Source: Calothrix sp. NIES-2100 (GTDB lineage Bacteria; Cyanobacteriota; Cyanobacteriia; Cyanobacteriales; Nostocaceae). Taken from it: a DNA stretch of 64,000 nt. The notes beneath the pieces were generated by a model. The model saw only the letters and a program-made list of their open reading frames with translations. It was not told where the DNA came from and did no database searches. This document shows positions 49,601 to 57,538 of the stretch, piece after piece. Numbering within the stretch: position 1 is the stretch's first letter; every line of letters starts with the position of its first letter. The DNA is taken from positions 5,337,286-5,401,285 of the forward strand of contig AP018178.1 in NCBI GenBank assembly GCA_002368195.1, in the 5' to 3' direction. A program made the translations under genes and the position numbers.

Positions 49601-50456
49601 TGTGATAGTTTGTTAATTCAAAACCGTTGTTTGTTAAACTCTGGCGCACCTGCTGACTTAAAAGGGCAGAAAATTCTGCTGCACCTGAGCCTGATGGCCC
49701 GTTCAGTGGTTCGCCTGAGTTAATAACTGCGGGATGAGAATATATTTCTACTAGGTCTGCCTGAATTTGCGGGATCAGTCCTAGTAAGTATTCTTCAGTC
49801 ATATTTCCAGTTTGCAGCAATCCATATACGCGCTCGGCGTATTTTATACCGTGAGCGTTGAGTAAACTTTCACCATAACGGCGCAGTCCGCCAAATACTC
49901 CTGACCAGACTAACTTAGTGAGTAGCTCTCGACGGTCAAGTTTTAGGCTGATTTTCAATTCTTCAGATGGCAGACGGATGACTCGGATTTTAAATTCTTG
50001 AGCTAATTCTCCCAATAACCGTAATATTACGGGATGGGCATGTAAATGTAAATGCCCATCAACATGAGAAAGGGGCAGCCCGGATGCACGGAATTTTTCC
50101 AACTGGGCGCGGATTTCTTGCCGCAATTCCTCACGGGCAGCGGGATGAAATTGATAACGTAAGCCAGCTACCAGAGGACTATCAGAAAAGTTACCGAGTG
50201 AGTCTACCAAATGGGGAATTTGGGAGGGAGGCAAAACAGCCCGACCGCACACCAGTACTAAATGCAGACCAACTGCCAAATTGGGATGAGTACGTGATAA
50301 GGCGATCGCTTCTTCGGCAGCATCTCCAGTTACCATCAAACTGGTACTAGTTAGCACACCCTGTTCATAAGCTTGGATAATTGCTTGATTGACACCAGCA
50401 GAAAAGCCAAAGTCATCACCATTAATAATGGCAAAGCGGGGTTTGTCAATTGTCAT
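49593..50456 (-). CDS. hpnK: YdjC/ChbG-family carbohydrate deacetylase, HpnK-like (hopanoid biosynthesis-associated), 287 aa.
   Basis: The N-terminus FAIINGDDFGFSAGVNQAIIQAYEQGVLTSTSLMV is the YdjC signature. It sits immediately downstream of an HpnJ-like radical SAM gene. Confidence 0.65.
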   Translation of the reverse strand: MTIDKPRFAIINGDDFGFSAGVNQAIIQAYEQGVLTSTSLMVTGDAAEEAIALSRTHPNLAVGLHLVLVCGRAVLPPSQIPHLVDSLGNFSDSPLVAGLRYQFHPAAREELRQEIRAQLEKFRASGLPLSHVDGHLHLHAHPVILRLLGELAQEFKIRVIRLPSEELKISLKLDRRELLTKLVWSGVFGGLRRYGESLLNAHGIKYAERVYGLLQTGNMTEEYLLGLIPQIQADLVEIYSHPAVINSGEPLNGPSGSGAAEFSALLSQQVRQSLTNNGFELTNYHRI

Positions 50457-50653
50457 TTGTCAATTGTCATTTGTCATTGGGCATGGGGCATGGGGCATTG
50501 GGCATGGGGCATTGGGCATTGGAAACAATTTTGGATTTTGGATTTTGGATTTTACATTGGAATCCAAAATCGCAAATCTAAAATCTAAAATTTCTTGTCC
50601 TCCTTGTCCTCCTTGTCTCCCTTGTCCCCTCATCCCCCTCATCCCCCTCTGCC
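50457..50653. repeat. Compound STRR array filling the hpnJ-hpnK spacer. It has TTGTCAA/TTGTCAT units, (GGGCATG/GGGCATT) x7, GGATTTT x3 facing AATCCAAAAT/CTAAAAT, then (CTTGTCCTC, CCTCATCCC) units.
   Basis: Read directly. It contains a long imperfect inverted repeat (ggattttggattttggatttt / aatccaaaatcgcaaatctaaaatctaaaat). Confidence 0.85.
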
Positions 50654-52102
50654 CTAGTTCCCCGCTGCGTGTGCAGCAGTTTGCTGATTGCGGCGTTCTT
50701 TGAGGTAGGAGAAAAACTCCCCGCCTTCTCGCAGGCGGCGTACCATCATCTGTCGGTCTGCGAGCATTTCTTTGACAATGGGGATGATTGCCTTGGGACG
50801 GAAGTAAAATTTCCGGTACATCCGCTCAACTGCATCTTCAATTTCCTCACTGGAAAGGGTGGGATATTGCAGTGTTGAGGTTTGAATACCAGAGTTAGCT
50901 ACTAGAGATTGATTGGTAAACCAGCCGTTTTCCTTAGCTTGTTCGTAAAGTTCTGTACCTGGGTATGGTGCAGCAATGGAAACTTGAATTGTATGGGGAC
51001 TGAGTTCACAGGCAAAGCGAATTGTCTCTTCTACGGTTTCTTGAGTTTCAATTGGTAGACCAATAATGAATGTTCCGTGAACGGTGATGCCGAGTTTATG
51101 GCAGTTTTTCATAAATTCCCGCGCCACTTCTAGCTTGATGCCTTTCTTAATCCGGTTGAGAATGTCTTGGTTACCAGATTCAAAACCAACAAGCAGCAAC
51201 CGCAGGCCGTTGTCGCGCAGGGTTTTGAGGGTGTCGTAGTCTAAATTGGCACGGGCGTTACAACTCCAAGTGAGTTTGAGCCGCTTCATATGTTCGCTAA
51301 TTGCGATCGCGCGATGTTTGTCTATGGTAAAGGTATCGTCATCAAACATATATTCCCGCACTTTGTCGCCGAAAATGGCTTTGGCTTCTTCCATCTCCCG
51401 CCCGACAACTTCTGGGGTTTTATGCCGATATAAGTGACCGCCAATTGTCTGCGGCCAAAGGCAAAAAGTACATTTTGCCGGACAACCGCGCCCAGTGTAA
51501 AAGGAAATGTAGGGATGCAGTAAGTAGCCGATGAAATATTTATTAATATCTAAGTCACGGGCATAGGTAGGGAGGACGCTGGGCATAGCATCCCAATCGT
51601 GAATTAAGGGGCGCTCCTCATTGTGACGCACGTTAGAGAACTGGTCACGATAGCTCAGACCCTGAATATTTTCCCAAGGTATGCCTTGAGCTAGTTCCTT
51701 ACAGGTATAGTCAAATTCGTTACGACAAACAAAGTCGATTACTGGATTACCCCGCAGCGTCTCCTCGGGTAAGACTGCCACATGCGCCCCTACAAAGCCA
51801 ATCTGTACGTCTGGATTTTGCGCTTTAATAGCTTGGGCACACTTCACGTCATTAGCGAGTGAGGGTGTACTGGTGTGCATGATTACCAATTCGTAATCCT
51901 TAGCAATTTTCAGCACATCTTCCACAGTTTGATTATGTGGTGGAGCATCCACCAGCCTGCTACCTGGCACAAGTGCAGCAGGTTGCGCTAGCCATGTGGG
52001 ATACCAAAAGGAAGTAATTTCGCGCTTAGCTTGGTATCTTGAACCAGCACCACCGTCAAAGCCATCAAAGGAAGGAGGACTGAGGAACAAAGTTTTCTTC
52101 AT
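50654..52102 (-). CDS. hpnJ: B12-binding-domain radical SAM protein, HpnJ-like (hopanoid biosynthesis-associated radical SAM), 482 aa.
   Basis: The N-terminus MKKTLFLSPPSFDGFDGGAGSRYQAKREITSFWYPTWLAQ matches HpnJ as recalled from memory. CPAKCTFC is the radical SAM cysteine cluster. Confidence 0.75.
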   Translation of the reverse strand: MKKTLFLSPPSFDGFDGGAGSRYQAKREITSFWYPTWLAQPAALVPGSRLVDAPPHNQTVEDVLKIAKDYELVIMHTSTPSLANDVKCAQAIKAQNPDVQIGFVGAHVAVLPEETLRGNPVIDFVCRNEFDYTCKELAQGIPWENIQGLSYRDQFSNVRHNEERPLIHDWDAMPSVLPTYARDLDINKYFIGYLLHPYISFYTGRGCPAKCTFCLWPQTIGGHLYRHKTPEVVGREMEEAKAIFGDKVREYMFDDDTFTIDKHRAIAISEHMKRLKLTWSCNARANLDYDTLKTLRDNGLRLLLVGFESGNQDILNRIKKGIKLEVAREFMKNCHKLGITVHGTFIIGLPIETQETVEETIRFACELSPHTIQVSIAAPYPGTELYEQAKENGWFTNQSLVANSGIQTSTLQYPTLSSEEIEDAVERMYRKFYFRPKAIIPIVKEMLADRQMMVRRLREGGEFFSYLKERRNQQTAAHAAGN

Positions 52103-52402
52103 TGATATTTCTCCTTAGTCAATAGTCAATTGTCAATTGTCAATGGTTAAGGGTAATTGGGCATGGAGCATGGGGCATCCCTTCGACTTCGCTCAGGGCA
52201 AGTGGGCAAGAGTCAAGAGTCAATGGTCAATGGTCATTAGTTATTCTCACCCATCTTCCTTGTCTCCCTTCCCTTATCTTCCTTCTGCCCGGACACTGAG
52301 TTTCGACTACGCTCAACTACCGCGAAGTCGTACCCTACGGGAAGCAAGCTACGCGGAGCGTCTCCCACAGAAGTGCTGCCTTCTGCCCTCTGCCTTCATA
52401 AA
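52103..52402. repeat. STRR array in the spacer between the squalene-synthase-family gene and hpnJ (GTCAATT/GTCAATG units, GGGCATG units, CAAGAGT units).
   Basis: Read directly. Confidence 0.8.
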
Positions 52403-53233
52403 CTAGCTAGCTTTAATGTTCACATCAATAAACTGCTTGAGGAGTGCCAAAACATCGTTCCGACTGAGTTTTTCTTTGCCATTAGCTAAAGCGTCAAGTG
52501 TTCCATGTGCCAAGGTGAGGGGAATTTGGCAAAAATCTAAAGCTGGCCCCGCAGCAAGGCTTTGAGTGTAAGCATCTGCTAGCTTTAGGTTACGGCGTGC
52601 ATACTCATGCATATTTGCAGCACTCCAGCCTTCGGGATAGAAATCTACCCCCCGTTTTAAATCTTCACTGTGGTTACGCAAGATGTTAACTGCTTGTAAA
52701 CCCCGACCAAACCCAATTGCTTGAGTCCGGTTAGTTTCCGTGCCATCATACCAAGCCCATAAATCAGACAATAACAAGCCCACCGCACCTGCAACCCCAA
52801 ATGTATAACGATCCAAATCAGACTCTGTCTGAATTTTCCAGTTATTTTCTGCCCAGTACGCCATTCTGTCTGCCATTGCGGCGGTGGCATCCCAAATTCG
52901 GGGGGCGATCGCTTCTGGTGCTAATATTGACCATTCTCTAATTCCTAGGGTAACTTCTGGTAAAGTATTCTCATAACCATTAAATCCTAAGGAAAAAGCA
53001 TCAACTGCGAAACCATCAACCCCCGCTTGTAATGTTAAGCTGATTGTTCGTAACAACTGTGCCTTAGTTGGGTTATCCAGTTCTGGATGATCTTCAATTT
53101 CATCAATAGCACGCATACACAAGTATGCTGATGCAACTGCCTCTTGTAACCCTGACGGTAAAAGACTAATTGGAATGTAAAAAGTTCGACTAGTTTCCTT
53201 CAGGATTTGCAGTGCATCTCTACGTAAATCCAT
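52403..53233 (-). CDS. Squalene/phytoene synthase family protein (HpnC/HpnD-like size, about 276 aa from MDLRRDAL).
   Basis: Aspartate-rich YLCMRAIDEIED and later DxxxD-type motifs. Start moved to the ATG at 53233 with a GGAGTG SD. It cannot be assigned to HpnC, HpnD or Sqs from sequence alone. Confidence 0.65.
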   Translation of the reverse strand: MDLRRDALQILKETSRTFYIPISLLPSGLQEAVASAYLCMRAIDEIEDHPELDNPTKAQLLRTISLTLQAGVDGFAVDAFSLGFNGYENTLPEVTLGIREWSILAPEAIAPRIWDATAAMADRMAYWAENNWKIQTESDLDRYTFGVAGAVGLLLSDLWAWYDGTETNRTQAIGFGRGLQAVNILRNHSEDLKRGVDFYPEGWSAANMHEYARRNLKLADAYTQSLAAGPALDFCQIPLTLAHGTLDALANGKEKLSRNDVLALLKQFIDVNIKAS

Positions 53234-54339
53234 GTTTTCACTCCTCTCTTGATTTTCACACCACATGAAGTTTTCGGTTTTTTTTGATGATACTGGATCT
53301 GTTTTTACTAAATCTTAAGAACTTTATTTTCGCTAGTATTTCCTCTAACAATTAATAGTTTACGGTATCACAATTAACAAAAATCTCACATTGCTCAAAG
53401 TTTAGTCTAGTATATAGGGCTTTGGTGACAAAAATGCACGGAGGATAGGATGGGATGGCTCTCATCATCTTTTCGGGCAAATTATCAATATTTATGCTAA
53501 TATTTGTGCAATTATCTGCAAATTTTCCTACTAATGAACAGCTAATTTCCGAGGAGTAAATGCCTTGAAGTCTGGATGAAGCTGAATAGAGTAGCATAGT
53601 TATTGTATCCATAGAGACAAATAATCAAATTACTGTTAATCGGTCATAGTAACTCAAAACGACGATTAATGCCTGTAGTCTAAGCAAGCACAGCTTCTTG
53701 AAGGTAGGGAATAAAGAGAGTAAACAAATACAAATATTACTCCTCGCCCTCATGTAATAATCCAGTGTAGTTTTTGACAAAATTACTGAATCTGGAAGCT
53801 CAAGTTTAGCTCAAGACAATACCCAGCCTAACTTTATTTCAAAAATCCAATATGAATTTTATAGAGGATACTTATTAATTACGATAATAGAGAATAAGTA
53901 GTTCCCGAAAATTTAATCACTTATTGCTTTAATTTTTACCCGCGTTCAGTCCACAGCATAGATAGCAATTGTCAGAATAGCGATGAATTTATGCTGTTTT
54001 ATGCGCTTCATTTGTGGATCTGACATTGTGTAAAGTTGTCAGCAATGGTAATTTTGAGCTTGAGTTTCAACTAATTTATCTAAATTGATCTATAACGTGC
54101 TTCCTGTTTCTCGTGCCGATATATGCATGACAATACCACGCCGAGTTTACGTTATATTTACTTACTCCTCTGTCTAGAAGTTTGTGATGGAACTGATAGC
54201 TGTTCTTTCTCTAGCCTACTTCCTTTGCTCTACCAGTTTTTATCAATATTTAGATGCGATCGCCACATTAAGGCGATTTACAGGAATAAATATACCGCCG
54301 CCGTTGGTTTCGACTTTGCTCAACCAACTCCAGAGTCGA

Positions 54340-54480
54340 GAGTTGAGCGTAAAGCCTTCTCTACGAGAGGCTTCGCCAACGGCATAGCTTCTCCTGTCGG
54401 AGAGGCTGCGCCCTAAGCGAAGCTATGCCGTAGGCTTTACGCTTAGCGCGTAGCGGACGCACCAAAAGTCGAAACTCGCC
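54340..54480. repeat. Second copy of the dispersed intergenic repeat family (see 17641..17800).
   Basis: ggcatagcttctcctgtcggagaggctgcgccctaagcg plus cttagcgcgtagcggacgcacc. The latter is also partly found at 44878..44897. Confidence 0.7.
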
Positions 54481-54993
54481 AACACAGGTATTTTCTTTCT
54501 CGGAAATCACCTAATCTAGAAAATTAAGCTTGAGGATATGATCACAGATGAAAAGAAGCTTAAGTCTGTGAGCAAGGTAAGAGAAAAGCAAAAAGAAAAG
54601 AGTACAAGGAAAAATTTTTAAATTTCTCCTTGACTTCCTCTACCTTCGTATCTTTCCGGCTTGTCCCAGAACCAACTTGAAAAGTTTGTTGGCGGCGCCT
54701 GATTGCTGAAGAATAAACTTTTATTGATATTTGGCGTATCTACACACAGATAGAACTAATAAATCTACTTTTTTGGGGATGCGATCGCTCAAAATATAAT
54801 TATCATAATTAGAAATTTGAAGGATTAAGTGAATTAACTTAAAATAAATTGGCTTGATTCTACATATGTGTGTATATTTATTATTGTTTTGCTCAAAATA
54901 ATTCTCTGATTTAAAAATCTTTCGCTAGAGAGATGTACATAACTATAAAGATAATGCCAAAAATATATTATCTAGACTACGAGGCTTAGAAAA

Positions 54994-55434
54994 ATGCCAA
55001 AAGTAGGTAAATATGCATTACTGAGTAATTATTTATTAATAATAACCTGGTTAACATCGTGTAGCGGTAAATCTACTTCAGAAGATATGACTAAGGAAAT
55101 ACAAAATGTCTCTTCCTGGTCAGCAACAGCCCAGATGGTAGGTGATGCTTGGATACAGGGTGCTGTACCGAAAAAATATGCGCAAACGACTTTAAAGAAA
55201 GCTCAACAAGAAATTCTCAAAGAAAAAGACAATATAGTCAAACTCCAAACATCTCAAAAGGCAGTTGCCCAGCATAAATCTGTACTTTTAACAGAAGTTT
55301 TATTATTAGCTAATAAAACAGAACAAATGTCAAGAGCAATTACCCAAGCAAATCGTCACCAGGTGCAAAAATCTCTGAAAGAATTAGAAGCAGAAACTAG
55401 AGTTCTCCACAGACTCAGAAACATACCCGAATAA
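54994..55434 (+). CDS. Putative lipoprotein, 146 aa, coiled-coil rich.
   Basis: N-terminus LLIITWLTSCSGKS (lipobox-like LTSC). The stop is 4 bp before the next gene. Confidence 0.5.
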   Translation: MPKVGKYALLSNYLLIITWLTSCSGKSTSEDMTKEIQNVSSWSATAQMVGDAWIQGAVPKKYAQTTLKKAQQEILKEKDNIVKLQTSQKAVAQHKSVLLTEVLLLANKTEQMSRAITQANRHQVQKSLKELEAETRVLHRLRNIPE

Positions 55435-55438
55435 AGCC

Positions 55439-56653
55439 ATGAAGAAAATTTGGGAAATTGCACTGGGAATTATTACCAGTATCGGCGGCTTTCTGGATGT
55501 AGGTGCGATCGCTACAGCAGCAGAAGCTGGATCTACCTATGGCTTTCAACTAATTTGGGTAATAATCCTAGGAACAATTTGTGTCATCTCTTTAGTAGAA
55601 ATGTCTGGGCGATTAGCAGCTGTTAGTAAGCATACCTTAGCAGCAGCAGTGCGGGAACGCTTTGGTTTTAACTTTTATGTCATTCCCTTATTTGCAGAAA
55701 TTATTGTTGATTTTCTGGTTTTAGCTGCGGAAATTGGCGGTGTTTGTATAGCCTTACAACTAGTAACAGGTATTAGCTTCCAATGGTTTGCTTTACCTGT
55801 AGCTTTTGCTATTTGGTTATTACTATGGAAAGGCACATTTGGTCTAATTGAAAACGGCATTTCTGCTTTAGGTTTAGTTACTTTAGTATTTGTCTATGCT
55901 ACGTTTAAATTATATCCTTCATTAACAGAAATTGGCAGAGGTTTTTTGCCTACAATCTCAAGGGAAGATACTCCACATTATTTATTTATTGCAGTGAGTA
56001 TTTTAGGTGCATTAATTAGCCCTTACCTATTTTATTTTTACTCATCTGGTGCAGTGGAAGATAAGTGGGATGAAGGAAATATTGGCGTAAATCGTGCTGT
56101 TGCTGGCTTGGGAATGGGCTTTGGTAGTATTGTATCGCTCGGCGTGCTAATTGTAGCAGCACTAACACTCAACCCTAAAGGCATCCAAGTTGATAGCTAT
56201 GAACAAGCAGCGTTGATGCTAACTGAACCTTTAGGCTACTGGGGTTTTATTTTGTTTGCAGCATCGTTGGGAATAGCTTGCTTTGGTGCTGCGCTGGAGG
56301 TGACTCTGGATACAGCCTATATTGTGGCTCAAGCTTTTGGTTGGAATTGGGGCGAAAATCTCAAACCAAAAGATGCAGCGCGGTTTAGTTTGGTTTATAC
56401 CGTGTTTGTATTTTTAGCGTCGTTACTAATGGTATTCGGTATCGATCCATTACAACTGACTTTATTTTCAATGGCGATTACAGCAGTTATTTTACCACCA
56501 GTGATAGTGCCGTTTTTGGTTTTAATGAACGATAAATTATATGTGGGCAAGTATCGTAATGGTTGGATTAGTAATAGCGTGGTGATATTTACAATTGCGC
56601 TGGCATTTGTGATGGCTATTGTGGCAATTCCTTTGGAGTTTATTGGAGGATAA
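55439..56653 (+). CDS. NRAMP-related divalent-metal transporter family protein (divergent), 404 aa.
   Basis: TSIGGFLDVGAIATAAEAGSTYGFQLIWVIILGTI parallels the NRAMP TM1 region (GPGFL..DPGN...GA.YGY.LLWV). About 11 TM helices. The canonical DPGN is replaced by DVGA. Confidence 0.55.
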   Translation: MKKIWEIALGIITSIGGFLDVGAIATAAEAGSTYGFQLIWVIILGTICVISLVEMSGRLAAVSKHTLAAAVRERFGFNFYVIPLFAEIIVDFLVLAAEIGGVCIALQLVTGISFQWFALPVAFAIWLLLWKGTFGLIENGISALGLVTLVFVYATFKLYPSLTEIGRGFLPTISREDTPHYLFIAVSILGALISPYLFYFYSSGAVEDKWDEGNIGVNRAVAGLGMGFGSIVSLGVLIVAALTLNPKGIQVDSYEQAALMLTEPLGYWGFILFAASLGIACFGAALEVTLDTAYIVAQAFGWNWGENLKPKDAARFSLVYTVFVFLASLLMVFGIDPLQLTLFSMAITAVILPPVIVPFLVLMNDKLYVGKYRNGWISNSVVIFTIALAFVMAIVAIPLEFIGG

Positions 56654-56758
56654 AGTATTTAGATGAATCGAGTTGTTGCATAAATATTTTTTTATCACGC
56701 AAAGGCGCAATCGCGCTTCGCGATCCCGCAGGGTAGGCGCAAAGAAGAATGCAAGAAT

Positions 56759-57118
56759 ATGGATATTATTAGGGATGTTTTAGATAATCAATTAGTAGAT
56801 CGCAATCAACGCAAAATGGGTAAGGTTGATGGCGTTGTAATGGAATTGCGAGAAGGAGAACCACCGAGAGTGGCTTATATAGAAGTGGGAGTGACGACGC
56901 TGGCTAATAGGATAAATCCACGTTTAGCACGTTGGGTTGCAGCTATTGCGAGTAAATGGGGTGCGAAGCAAAGTGAACCATTGCGGATTCCTTGGACAAA
57001 GGTGCGGGATGTTGGTATTGATGTGGAAGTCGATGAAGAAGCCGAAGCCACACCCGCTTTAGCCTACGAAAAATGGTTGCGCGATCGCATTATCAAACGT
57101 ATCCCTGGAGATGGATAA
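56759..57118 (+). CDS. PRC-barrel domain protein, 119 aa.
   Basis: VLDNQLVDRNQRKMGKVDGVVMEL is a PRC-barrel-like core. Confidence 0.5.
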   Translation: MDIIRDVLDNQLVDRNQRKMGKVDGVVMELREGEPPRVAYIEVGVTTLANRINPRLARWVAAIASKWGAKQSEPLRIPWTKVRDVGIDVEVDEEAEATPALAYEKWLRDRIIKRIPGDG

Positions 57119-57468
57119 TGACAACTAGAGAAATTCATTTAGAATTATTACTTGGTAAGCAAGTATTAGACTCCAATGGTAACGCGATCGGACGCATTGA
57201 GGAAGTACGCGCCGAAAAGCAAGGTGAAGAATGGTTAGTTCAGGAATATTTAATTGGCTACGCTGCAATTTTAGAAAGATTATCCGCCTGGACAATTGGG
57301 TTAGGAATTTTGCATTTACTGGGTGCGCATAAAATCCACGGTGGTCATACAGTACCTTGGGACAAGCTAGATTTGACTAACCCTGACAAACCGCGTTTGC
57401 TTTGTAGTTTAGAAGAATTAAAGTCATTATCTCCAGAATCGCAAAATGTAGATAAGACATCGAATTGA
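57118..57468 (+). CDS. PRC-barrel domain protein, about 116 aa (start at internal ATG overlapping the upstream stop, taATG).
   Basis: LLGKQVLDSNGNAIGRIEEVRAE. GGAG lies 8 nt upstream of the ATG at 57118. Confidence 0.5.
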   Translation: MTTREIHLELLLGKQVLDSNGNAIGRIEEVRAEKQGEEWLVQEYLIGYAAILERLSAWTIGLGILHLLGAHKIHGGHTVPWDKLDLTNPDKPRLLCSLEELKSLSPESQNVDKTSN

Positions 57469-57470
57469 TT

Positions 57471-57519
57471 AGTCAACAGTCAACAGTCAACCGTCAACCG
57501 TCAACCGTCAACCGTCAGT
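57471..57519. repeat. STRR3-type heptamer array (CAACAGT/CAACCGT x7).
   Basis: agtcaacagtcaacagtcaaccgtcaaccgtcaaccgtcaaccgtcag. Confidence 0.9.
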
Positions 57520-57538
57520 TGTCCCTCTCAGATTAATC

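Noticed and set aside
50389-50703. Cys/Pro-rich ORF 50389..50703(+) and 50460..50642(-).
   Set aside because: They lie entirely within the STRR heptamer array. Repeat-driven open frames, no RBS.
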